From Candidatus Aenigmarchaeota archaeon LH_S7 (GTDB taxonomy: Archaea > Aenigmatarchaeota > Aenigmatarchaeia > QMZS01): a stretch of 64,000 nucleotides of DNA. The notes under the pieces are model-generated. The model was not told where the DNA came from, made no database searches, and saw nothing but the letters and a program-made list of their open reading frames with translations. The stretch is taken from positions 4,388 through 68,387 of the forward strand of contig JAGXOL010000002.1 of assembly GCA_023659895.1 (NCBI GenBank), read 5' to 3'. This document shows, piece by piece, positions 47,168 through 55,507 of this stretch (its first letter is position 1; each line of letters starts with the position of its first letter). Both the position numbers and the translations under genes were made by a program.

Positions 47168-47494
47168 ATGGAACAGATAAACATTGATGATTTTGGGAAA
47201 TTGGACATCAAAATTGGGAAAATATCTAATGCGGAAAAAGTTGAGAACAGTGATAAGCTTTTGAAGTTGGAAGTTGATTTAGGGGGAGAAAAAAGGCAAG
47301 TTGTAGCAGGTATTGCTGAACAATATTCTCCTGAGGAGATTGTTGGAAAACAATTTCCCCTTCTAACAAACCTTAAACCTGTGGAATTGAAAGGTGTGGA
47401 AAGCCAGGGAATGATTCTTGCAGCGGATGAAAACGGGAAACCAATTTTGTTGCACCCTGACAGAGAGGTTAAAGTAGGGAGTAAAATTAGGTGA
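47168..47494 (+). CDS. tRNA-binding domain protein (Trbp111/CsaA/EMAP-like)
   Basis: It has LDIKIGKI..AEKVENSDKLLKLEVDLG..QVVAGI..NLKP..KGV.SQGMILAA. Confidence 0.85.
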   Translation: MEQINIDDFGKLDIKIGKISNAEKVENSDKLLKLEVDLGGEKRQVVAGIAEQYSPEEIVGKQFPLLTNLKPVELKGVESQGMILAADENGKPILLHPDREVKVGSKIR

Positions 47495-47649
47495 AAAGGA
47501 AAATACACACCCAAAAACTAAAGCTTATGAATGCCCATATGAGATCTTAGTTATTGGAGAATTCACACAAATATCATCTTCTAAAAGGGAAACTAAATCT
47601 ATTTGGAGTGGGATGATACAAGAAATTATTAAGATTAATTAATTTAATC

Positions 47650-47856
47650 CGCCTCGGGGAGGATTCTCGAACTTCAATGAGGGAATGCGTTGAAAGGAAG
47701 AAATGTGTTCTCCCTTTTAACCTCGAACCTCCGACCTCATGGTTTCTGCAGGTATATAACAGCTTCGCCCGGAACCTTCTTTTTAATCAGGTTTTGACTG
47801 GAAGCGGAAGCTCCAAAAGATTCCGACATGCGCTCTACCTGCTGAGCTACCGAGGC
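47650..47856 (-). tRNA. tRNA-Asn(GUU) with three introns (47764-47826 at 30/31; 47744-47756 at 37/38; about 47664-47721 at 59/60)
   Basis: Four exons (30+7+22+14 = 73 nt) assemble into acceptor GCCTCGG/CCGAGGC, D stem GCTC/GAGC, anticodon arm CATGG-CTGTTAA-CCATG, T stem GGAGG/CCTCC and discriminator G. Confidence 0.8.
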
Positions 47857-47885
47857 ATATATTAATAACAAATTAATTTTAATTA
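47857..47885 (-). promoter_or_regulatory. AT-rich promoter block upstream of tRNA-Asn, duplicated at 48716-48762
   Basis: ATATATTAATAACAAATTAATTTTAATTA (plus strand) directly abuts the tRNA 5' end. TATA-like TTAAAATTAA lies about 20-29 nt upstream. Confidence 0.5.
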
Positions 47886-47905
47886 TTTTTTGTTTTGAGG
47901 AATAT

Positions 47906-48487
47906 TCAAAATCCCCTGTGTTCTTTGTTATATTTTTTCTTAGCTTCTTCAAAATTTTGTAAGTTTAAACTAATTAATACTTTCTGATAAATTCTATCTA
48001 TCTCTTTATGCAATTCTATTGTATCTTTATATTTCTTTGTCAAGTTATTATGAATTAATTCATGAATCAAAATAAGTAAAAGGAGTTTATGATCTTCTTT
48101 ATAACTTAATGTTAGGGGATCTGAAAAAGAGTTTATTTTCCCAAAAACAATATAAACAGGGATATATTCTCTTTCCCAAGGCTTGTTGTTAGAAGCAATT
48201 AATTCTAAAATTTCTTGAACATAATTTTTAAATAAATTTATAAATGGATAACTATCTTTTTTTAATTTAATGAAATCTTGAGAACTAAAAGAAGGGTTAA
48301 AGCTTTTATTATAAATAAATGAGAATCTTATTTCTGTTTTTGGTATCATATATTTACCTGTAAACTCTTTCTTAAAAATGTTTTGATAAACACCTTTCTT
48401 CATTATTTCTGTTTTTTCCTCTTTACTTAACTTTCTGTGTTCTGGATCCAAAACATGTTTTTCCACTTCAAGATCCTTCTTTGCCAT
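47906..48487 (-). CDS. Hypothetical protein with HExxH motif
   Basis: This is a 193-aa ORF. LLILIHELIHNN suggests a zinc-metallopeptidase-like site. Confidence 0.5.
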   Translation of the reverse strand: MAKKDLEVEKHVLDPEHRKLSKEEKTEIMKKGVYQNIFKKEFTGKYMIPKTEIRFSFIYNKSFNPSFSSQDFIKLKKDSYPFINLFKNYVQEILELIASNNKPWEREYIPVYIVFGKINSFSDPLTLSYKEDHKLLLLILIHELIHNNLTKKYKDTIELHKEIDRIYQKVLISLNLQNFEEAKKKYNKEHRGF

Positions 48488-48561
48488 AATATTCTTTGTT
48501 AAAAACTTTCTTCTTTTGGATCAAACCTTCCTTTTTTGCTCAAGCTTTTTTAAAAGCTTGT

Positions 48562-48715
48562 TTTGATGGAACTTCCTCATAAACCGAAGGTTTATGGGGC
48601 CCCGAAAAACAAAGTTTTTCGAGGTTTTTAAAAGTTCCCTTCTTTTTTTGCTGGAACTTTTTTCTAAAAAGCTCATTCGAACCCGCGACTTTCAGGTGTC
48701 TTCTTTCATAGAGGC
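48562..48715 (-). other. Orphan tRNA-like 5' fragment fused to the intron hairpin module (split-tRNA half or pseudogene)
   Basis: The minus strand reads GCCTCTATGAAAGAAGACACCTGAAAGTCGCGGGTTCGAA. It continues with a degenerate repeat unit and the two-hairpin module seen in the tRNA-Arg intron. No CCCGC/acceptor 3' exon follows. Confidence 0.5.
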
Positions 48716-48762
48716 ATATATTATTTACCCTCAAAACTTTAATAACAAATTAATTTTAATTA
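48716..48762 (-). promoter_or_regulatory. Second copy of the tRNA-Asn promoter block (with a 17-nt insertion)
   Basis: The sequence is ATATATTA[TTTACCCTCAAAACTTT]AATAACAAATTAATTTTAATTA. The first five transcribed nt (GCCTC) are also shared with tRNA-Asn. Confidence 0.5.
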
Positions 48763-48771
48763 ATTTCAAAA

Positions 48772-49053
48772 TTATTTCCAATATCCTCTTCTCTTCAACT
48801 CCTTCACTTCCTGCTTGTTGTATTTAGCAATTATATCTCCTCTTTCATCAGATTGCAACTCCCATAGCTTAACAATCACAACCATGTTCAAACCTATCCA
48901 AAGACCTCTCTTCAAAGCTCCGGGGATTCTGCAAACTCTTATCTTATCATCCATACAAGCAACTCTAAAATGAGCTCCACCTAGTTTTTCCTCTACTATT
49001 CCTAAGACTTCTCCCTCTTTTGGTAGTCTTAATTTATGTTCTTCCATAATCAA
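48772..49053 (-). CDS. eif1a: Translation initiation factor aIF-1A
   Basis: It has an S1/OB pattern EGEVLGIV..G..FRV.C.D...R.CRIPG.LK..LWI. The start may be the ATG at 49047. Confidence 0.9.
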   Translation of the reverse strand: MIMEEHKLRLPKEGEVLGIVEEKLGGAHFRVACMDDKIRVCRIPGALKRGLWIGLNMVVIVKLWELQSDERGDIIAKYNKQEVKELKRRGYWK

Positions 49054-49097
49054 TAATAAGTTTTAGATAGTGCTTAAAATTTAAGGAATTTTAAAAA

Positions 49098-50732
49098 CTA
49101 ATAACCCACATAATACAATTTAACCAAATAAGGAATTTTATTCCCATTTATATCTGAATAATATTGCATACAATAACTACTGTCTTCAGGTATATCTCTA
49201 TCAAAAACAAAATGGTGTTCTCCAGCAGTCCAAAACATTCCTGTCCTCAAAAGTAATTTTAAATCATCTCTTGTTTTATTAAAATCATACATCCAAAAAG
49301 CTCTTGGAGAAGTTTCATAGGTCTTACCATACTCTTCTAAAATCTTAGCATTCACTAAACTTATTGTTGTGTCTGAAGAAGGGGACAGAACTGTATATTC
49401 ATTTGAATCTACTGTCAGAGGAACATTATCCTTAAAAGTATAATTTCTTGGATTTGATGCAGTTGGAGAAATCTTTACATCAAATGAATCATTGTTTTCT
49501 ATTTGGTAAACACCTAGTTTCACAGAAGAAGAATGCATACAATACTCTCCTTTACTCGTACTATTAGGGCATCCTGTTATATTTACACAAAAACCAAAAT
49601 TTTCAACAGGATATTTACCATCATGCAAATATAAGTTTCCACTTCCTCCACTAGTATCTATTCTAACAATATTATCAAGGAATCTTTTTGCAATCATTCC
49701 TGTATTAGGGTTAGATAAATTGTTGAAACTTAAATCCTTTGTAGAAAAGCTTCCCCAAATATAATTTATTTGAAAAATTTCCTTTGTCAAGGAATCTGGA
49801 TTAGAAGTAAAATCCCTGATCAGAACAATTCCTTTACCTTTTCTTAACAGATTCTTTACATTTGATTCATAATCAGATAAATTTACATTACCACAAACAA
49901 TATAAGTGTCAAAACTGTTATCTGATAGCAAGTTTGCTATGCTCAATATATTTGTACTAATATTTTTTGGAGGATAGTTTGCACTAAAAAATTCTGAAGG
50001 TAAATTGCAACTGTCATGTATTCCCACAGAAATATTTTGTCCAGAAATACCTTTTATCTCATATTCAAAATCTACCATCGGAGGAAAGGTTTCACTACTT
50101 AAATCCTCAAAATATTCTTTATCCAAACTTCTATACAAGCATAGTTTTCGTAGTTCAAGACTATTATTTGGTTCAGAAGTAGCTTCACAATATGCGGTTG
50201 TATATAAAGTAATATTGTTTTCTCCTTCATTAAAAGAAAAAGTGCCTGCATCCTCATATCTTATACTACTATTATGACCTTCTAAATCATCCCTCAGCTC
50301 TGTACCATTAACACCATTAACCTCTATATAGCCTTGTTCCCGTAACTCCTCAGAGCCGTTTCTATATACTCTTGCTACAACTGAATAATTACCCGCGATT
50401 GGAACATTTATAGTTATGGTATTATTAGTAGGGCATGATTTAGTGCAGTTCACTCCGCACACATGCCAATCAGTTTTATTGTAAGTGTAATCAGCACCCT
50501 CACAAGCTCTCAAAGCATAATTTTCTTCAGATGATAAAGCACTTTTTGAAATATCATTTATAGACACAGAATTGAGTAAATCATTACAAATAATATTATC
50601 ACTCACTTCCCTCCAATTATTTTTTTCTGTTTGTTTTGTATCTGGTAAAAGATTAGGTAAAATTACTACCAAAACTATGAAAGAAAACAAAACCACTTCT
50701 ATCACCCTAATAAATCCTTTTTTAGCTAACAT
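49098..50732 (-). CDS. Large pilin-like or secreted protein with class III signal peptide
   Basis: MLAKKG|FIRVIEVVLFSFIVLVVIL is followed by a 500-aa N/S/T-rich extracellular region with many NxS/T sites. Confidence 0.55.
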   Translation of the reverse strand: MLAKKGFIRVIEVVLFSFIVLVVILPNLLPDTKQTEKNNWREVSDNIICNDLLNSVSINDISKSALSSEENYALRACEGADYTYNKTDWHVCGVNCTKSCPTNNTITINVPIAGNYSVVARVYRNGSEELREQGYIEVNGVNGTELRDDLEGHNSSIRYEDAGTFSFNEGENNITLYTTAYCEATSEPNNSLELRKLCLYRSLDKEYFEDLSSETFPPMVDFEYEIKGISGQNISVGIHDSCNLPSEFFSANYPPKNISTNILSIANLLSDNSFDTYIVCGNVNLSDYESNVKNLLRKGKGIVLIRDFTSNPDSLTKEIFQINYIWGSFSTKDLSFNNLSNPNTGMIAKRFLDNIVRIDTSGGSGNLYLHDGKYPVENFGFCVNITGCPNSTSKGEYCMHSSSVKLGVYQIENNDSFDVKISPTASNPRNYTFKDNVPLTVDSNEYTVLSPSSDTTISLVNAKILEEYGKTYETSPRAFWMYDFNKTRDDLKLLLRTGMFWTAGEHHFVFDRDIPEDSSYCMQYYSDINGNKIPYLVKLYYVGY

Positions 50733-51210
50733 AAACTTTCACCTCAGCTAATAAACCGTCCAAAACACCTATTCTCCTGATTCCTGCTCTTTTATTTAAG
50801 GATTCTCCTCCAGGAAAACACTCTAACACATTTGTTCCATTGAAATAGTTAATCTCTATAGAAAGACTATTATCTTCCAAGCTAAATGAATTTAATAATT
50901 TTCTTTTTTTTGTAATATTTGTAGAAGTGCAAATCTTTTCCAATTCATTTATTTTTGATTGATTTAATAAATGGTGTTCTGATACTAACCCTATCCTATC
51001 AAAATTAGTTTCATTCCAATTAGCAGGATAACCTTTATCCTTGATTAACAGTTCAGAAACTTGATAAGCTTTTGCATATAAAATATCTGATTCCGTGTCT
51101 TCTCCGTAAAAAGAAGAAGAAGTTAGTAAAACGTGTATTAAATAGATCACTACACCTAAAAAAATCACCACACTTACTATAAAATGAAGATTTACTTGTC
51201 CTCTCAACAT
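50722..51210 (-). CDS. Pilin-like protein with class III signal peptide
   Basis: It has MLRGQ|VNLHFIVSVVIFLGVVIYL. It lies in an operon with the T2SS-F genes. Confidence 0.55.
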   Translation of the reverse strand: MLRGQVNLHFIVSVVIFLGVVIYLIHVLLTSSSFYGEDTESDILYAKAYQVSELLIKDKGYPANWNETNFDRIGLVSEHHLLNQSKINELEKICTSTNITKKRKLLNSFSLEDNSLSIEINYFNGTNVLECFPGGESLNKRAGIRRIGVLDGLLAEVKVYVS

Positions 51211-51211
51211 A

Positions 51212-52192
51212 TTAAAATAAACCAAGTAAGTTTGTTAAAACTATTACTGCAAAACCTAAAACAGACATGATTAAACCATGCTTTGCTCCTTCAAGCCAGC
51301 TTTTAGCTGAAATTTGTCCTGCTATCAAACCTGTAAAAAATCCCTGGATAACTATCATAGTGAAAAATAATGATTTATAATATAAGTCTGTGGAATAAGG
51401 TTCTCCAAAACCATATATTCCTCCCACTAAATTATAATAACCACACAAAGCAAGACAGAAATTATTGTTGCACGTTTCAGGAGCACAAGGGGAAACAGCT
51501 TTCATGACACTAAAACCAATGCTCTCTGTTTCTGTTGATGACATCTGTGTTATCATAGGTAACAAAAAGTTCCCTAAGACTATAATAAGCCCTATATACA
51601 AAAAGAAAATACCATACATCATAAAAACGTGCTGTTGCATCAATGATTTTTTGTAATTTTCAGTTTCCATTATTTTCAGGAGAGAATCTATCAAAGTATC
51701 CAAAATATCCTCAATATTTCCACCAGAACGGTAAGTTTCATGCAATATTGCTAAAGAACGAGATAAAACCCTACTTTCAGATAAATTTTTTCCCATGTGT
51801 TTTATAGAATAATCTATACTAACTCCCCAACTTATATCCTTCTTTAGTTTATCAACGTATTTATCTAACTTTCCATAATTCCCTTTACAAGATTTAATCG
51901 CATCAGGAAAAGAAATTCCACTCTCTTTTGCCTCTTTCAAATCATTCAAAAAATGAGGAATATTCTTCTCACAATCTTTTAATTCCAAATAATGGATGTA
52001 TCTATATATGAAAAAAGGCACAAAGCTAACAAAAACAGCAAGCAAAATAAAATTCAAAAGTATATTCCAATTACCAAATATTAAAGAAAAGATAATGCCT
52101 ATGACTACAATCACTATTGAGGCTACAGCAGAATAAAGTATTATCTTTTCTTTTCCTGTTAATTTCTCCCCAAAAAAATCCTCTATTTTCAT
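51212..52192 (-). CDS. Type II secretion system F-domain membrane protein (PilC/FlaJ/TadC-like, half-size)
   Basis: Two N-terminal TM helices are followed by a cytoplasmic helical T2SSF domain (FPDAIKS..LS..L) and C-terminal TM helices. Confidence 0.7.
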   Translation of the reverse strand: MKIEDFFGEKLTGKEKIILYSAVASIVIVVIGIIFSLIFGNWNILLNFILLAVFVSFVPFFIYRYIHYLELKDCEKNIPHFLNDLKEAKESGISFPDAIKSCKGNYGKLDKYVDKLKKDISWGVSIDYSIKHMGKNLSESRVLSRSLAILHETYRSGGNIEDILDTLIDSLLKIMETENYKKSLMQQHVFMMYGIFFLYIGLIIVLGNFLLPMITQMSSTETESIGFSVMKAVSPCAPETCNNNFCLALCGYYNLVGGIYGFGEPYSTDLYYKSLFFTMIVIQGFFTGLIAGQISAKSWLEGAKHGLIMSVLGFAVIVLTNLLGLF

Positions 52193-53046
52193 GGTGAAGC
52201 AACATTAATATAAAAAGCAAATGCAACTGAAATGATAGGCATTAATGCAAAAGATATCATAGCTTGGATAGCTAAAATGTTTCCTGCACCTCCCATAACA
52301 GCCATGACTGAAGAAAGAATTGTAAAGAAAATTGGACCAATTATCATTATTGTAATATACATCTCAGTAAGCATAGATAGTAAATCCGCGTGGGTTTTAA
52401 TTCTATTTTGATATTGTTTAAATAAATTGTTCGCTTTCCCACTAAAAAAAGCGGTTACATCTCCACCAGAAGTTAAAGTAGCTTCTAGCCCTAAAAGCAA
52501 GTCCCGAAATTCCTTTGAAGGAGTTCTTTTTGCTTCTCTTCTTAAAGCAGTTAATAAATCCATACCCATGCCTTCCACATCCTTTATAACATTTAAGGCT
52601 TGCTGTTTTAGTTCTGGATATTCCTCTATCTTTGATATTGATTTGAATATGGTTATTGGAGGTGCATCTGAAGATGCAGAGGCAACCATGTAACTTACTG
52701 AAAAAGGTAATCCTTTTTCAATTTTTGAAGCCAGGTTAGACACTTGCGCTTTCGGATATGTGGTAAACAAGAAAAAAATTAAAACACCTCCTATTGCTGA
52801 GAAAATAAGAGCAAATATGATTGCAATAATAACCGGAATAAAAAAGGCCAAGATAAATGTTACAATAGGTATCTCAACCGCAGTTACAATCAAAGAAATG
52901 AAAATCGCTAAAGATAAATATTCCTCCAAAGTATAACGCATATTACTCTTTTTAAGGTCTTCTATTATATAACCAAAATTTGGAGATATCTTTCTAGCTA
53001 TTTCACCATAGGACAAATAAATTCTTTTGATATGTTCCTCAAACAT
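52189..53046 (-). CDS. Type II secretion system F-domain membrane protein (PilC/FlaJ/TadB-like, half-size)
   Basis: It has the same architecture as 51212-52192 and overlaps the downstream gene by 4 nt. Confidence 0.7.
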   Translation of the reverse strand: MFEEHIKRIYLSYGEIARKISPNFGYIIEDLKKSNMRYTLEEYLSLAIFISLIVTAVEIPIVTFILAFFIPVIIAIIFALIFSAIGGVLIFFLFTTYPKAQVSNLASKIEKGLPFSVSYMVASASSDAPPITIFKSISKIEEYPELKQQALNVIKDVEGMGMDLLTALRREAKRTPSKEFRDLLLGLEATLTSGGDVTAFFSGKANNLFKQYQNRIKTHADLLSMLTEMYITIMIIGPIFFTILSSVMAVMGGAGNILAIQAMISFALMPIISVAFAFYINVASP

Positions 53047-53130
53047 AACTATAATAGAAAATGCTTCTAATAAACTTTCAAAGCACTTGTATAAAACAGG
53101 TCAAATTAATAAAACTTTTTTGTTTTAGTT

Positions 53131-53796
53131 ATGGAAGAAAAAAAAGGAGAATATGTGATAGTTACTCCAGGAACATTACTAGCAACAACAAAAAAGTCAG
53201 GAGATGGAATTTATACTTCAGAAGAAAAGACTTATTCCAAGTATTTTGGGATTTTAAGGAAATCTGAATACAAAGTGAATGTTATTCCTTTTCAGCACAC
53301 TTACAAGCCTAATAGAGAGGATAAGATAATAGGGATGGTTAAGGAATTTGTTTATCCCTTCTTTATAATTGATATGTTATCTCCAATAAAGGGATATTTG
53401 TATTTGAGCAACATTTCTGATTATCCTATAAGACAGGATAAGGCAACTAAAATTTATTCACCTGGTACTTGGATATACTCTGAAATAATGGATATTTCAG
53501 ACAAGGTAAAATTGTCTATGAAAGGTAAGGAGTCAAAAACATTAAAGAATGGTGGAATTGCTTATATTACACCTTCAAAGGTTCCAAGAGTGATTGGTAA
53601 AGGAGGGAGCATGATAAAGATGATTATGGATAAAACTAACTGCAAGGTCTTGGTTGGCCAAAATGGAGCTATATGGATAGAAGGAGAAAATTTGAACTTA
53701 GTAATAAAAATTATCAAGAAAATAGATGAGGAATCTCATATTCCTGGTTTAACAGACAGGATTAATGAGATGATAGATAAAGGATTGAAAAAATAA
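53131..53796 (+). CDS. rrp4: Exosome RNA-binding subunit Rrp4 (S1 + KH)
   Basis: It has VTPG, an S1 core and the KH motif VIGKGGSMIKMI. Confidence 0.88.
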   Translation: MEEKKGEYVIVTPGTLLATTKKSGDGIYTSEEKTYSKYFGILRKSEYKVNVIPFQHTYKPNREDKIIGMVKEFVYPFFIIDMLSPIKGYLYLSNISDYPIRQDKATKIYSPGTWIYSEIMDISDKVKLSMKGKESKTLKNGGIAYITPSKVPRVIGKGGSMIKMIMDKTNCKVLVGQNGAIWIEGENLNLVIKIIKKIDEESHIPGLTDRINEMIDKGLKK

Positions 53797-53797
53797 T

Positions 53798-54514
53798 ATG
53801 GAAGGAATGATTAAAGAAGGGAAAAGAACAGATGGGAGGAACTTGGATGAGTTAAGGAACTTGGAAGCAAAGATAGGAATCAGTAAGGAAGCTACAGGAA
53901 GTGCAATGTTTAGGATGGGTGGAACAAAAGCTATTGCTTATGTTTATGGACCTATGGAAGTAATTCCTAAATTCTTGGAACAAAGTGAAAGAGCTATATT
54001 GGATGTGAACTATAATATGTTGCCATTTTCAACAGAGGAGAGGAAAAGGTCTGGATTTTCAAGAAGGAACGCGGAAATATCAAGTGTAATAAAAAGAGTT
54101 CTGGAAAGTGTTATATTTCTAGAAGACATTCCAAAAACAAAAATCTTGGTTAACATTGATATCTTGAATGCGGATGCAAGTACGAGATGTGCTGCTATTA
54201 ATGCAGCTTCTTTAGCTTTAACAACTGCAGGAATGCCAATGAATGACTTAGTTACTAGTTGTGCTGCTGGTAGGGTTGGAGAAAATTTGATTTTAGATGT
54301 TGCAGGAAAGGAAGATACTGAGGGTGATGTGGACTTACCTATTGCTTATCTTCCAGTAAAAGACGAGATTCTGTTGTTGCAGATGGATGGAATTCTAAAG
54401 AATGAGGATTTTGAAAAATTGATGGAATTGTGCAAGAAAGGTTGCAAGCAGATACATGAGTTCCAGAGAAATACTTTGTTGGATTACAAAAACAATTTCA
54501 ACAATAAAAGCTAA
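53798..54514 (+). CDS. rrp41: Exosome RNase PH subunit Rrp41
   Basis: It has RTDGR..ELR..G....A.GSA.F..G.TK..A.VYGP and a DADAS-like NADAS. Confidence 0.9.
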   Translation: MEGMIKEGKRTDGRNLDELRNLEAKIGISKEATGSAMFRMGGTKAIAYVYGPMEVIPKFLEQSERAILDVNYNMLPFSTEERKRSGFSRRNAEISSVIKRVLESVIFLEDIPKTKILVNIDILNADASTRCAAINAASLALTTAGMPMNDLVTSCAAGRVGENLILDVAGKEDTEGDVDLPIAYLPVKDEILLLQMDGILKNEDFEKLMELCKKGCKQIHEFQRNTLLDYKNNFNNKS

Positions 54515-54575
54515 ATGATTTTAATTATATTTTCTTTTAACAAAACATAGGATTAAATAATTTTAAGGAATAATT

Positions 54576-54896
54576 ATGTTCCCAAATATGGATCCAAAGA
54601 AGTTGGAAAAGATGGCCAAGCAAATGGGCATGGAAATGGAGAATATTGATGCTAATAGAGTTGTTATTGAAAGTGGTGAGAAAGAAATAATTATAAAAAA
54701 TCCACAGGTCTCAAAAATAAAAATGCAGGGACAGGAAACTTTCCAGATTTCAGGAGAAATTGAAGAGAAAGGAAAAATAAGTGATGAGGATGTTGAAATA
54801 GTTTCCCAAAAAGCCAATGTTTCAAAGGAAGAAGCACGCAATTTGTTGGAAAAAACTGGAGACATTGTAAGTGCAATAAAAGAATCTCAAAAATGA
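54576..54896 (+). CDS. nac: Nascent polypeptide-associated complex protein (archaeal NAC)
   Basis: It has a NAC domain (VVIE..EIIIKNPQVSKIKMQGQETFQISG) and a UBA-like tail (EEARNLLEKTGDIVSAI). Confidence 0.85.
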   Translation: MFPNMDPKKLEKMAKQMGMEMENIDANRVVIESGEKEIIIKNPQVSKIKMQGQETFQISGEIEEKGKISDEDVEIVSQKANVSKEEARNLLEKTGDIVSAIKESQK

Positions 54897-55507
54897 AACT
54901 GTTGATAATAGGTCCACCAGCTTCTGGAAAAGGTACTCAAGCAGAAAAAATTGCTGAGAATTTTGAATTGGAACATATTTCAACAGGGGATATTTTCAGG
55001 AAAATAAATGATGAAGAAATTTCTCAGCACTTGGCTTCAGGTAAATTGCTTCCTGATGAACTCGTTTTCAAAGCAGTTAAGGAAAAACTTGATGAAAAGG
55101 AGAATTTTATTTTGGATGGTTATCCAAGAAATGTAAACCAAGCAAAAATGCTTGACAAATTTTTGGAGGAAAGAAATAGCAAAATTGACTATATAATTTA
55201 TTTGAAAGTGAGTGAGGAAACAATAATAAAGAGGATGACTTCAAGAAGAACATGTAAAGAGTGTGGAAAAACTTATAACTTAATAACTTCCCCTCCACCA
55301 GAAGAAAATAAATGTGAATGTGGTGGAAAATTAATACAAAGGGAAGATGATAAGGAGGAAGTTGTTAGGGACCGCGTGAAAATTTTCAAGAAAATCACCC
55401 AACCAGTTATAGATCATTACATAAACAAATTAATCGCAGTTGATGGAGAACTTTCTATTGATGAAGTTTATGAAAAAATTGTTGAACTTCTAAATAATCA
55501 ATCATAA
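54893..55507 (+). CDS. adk: Adenylate kinase (long form with zinc lid)
   Basis: It has GPPASGKGTQ, ISTGDIFR, the lid CKECGKTYN..CECGG and REDD. Confidence 0.93.
   Translation: MKLLIIGPPASGKGTQAEKIAENFELEHISTGDIFRKINDEEISQHLASGKLLPDELVFKAVKEKLDEKENFILDGYPRNVNQAKMLDKFLEERNSKIDYIIYLKVSEETIIKRMTSRRTCKECGKTYNLITSPPPEENKCECGGKLIQREDDKEEVVRDRVKIFKKITQPVIDHYINKLIAVDGELSIDEVYEKIVELLNNQS

Noticed and set aside
47677-47952. ORFs 47677-47865 (+) and 47737-47952 (-)
   Set aside because: Both overlap the three-intron tRNA-Asn gene and its promoter, and their composition is not protein-like.
48541-48560. 20-nt palindrome CAAGCTTTTTTAAAAGCTTG as an independent regulatory site
   Set aside because: It is most simply a bidirectional terminator-like hairpin between the orphan RNA locus and the HExxH gene. 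It is noted under the orphan-locus finding rather than called separately.
48540-48827. ORFs 48540-48734 (-) and 48594-48827 (+)
   Set aside because: They cover the orphan tRNA-like locus and intron module. The sequence is explained by RNA hairpins shared with the tRNA-Arg intron.
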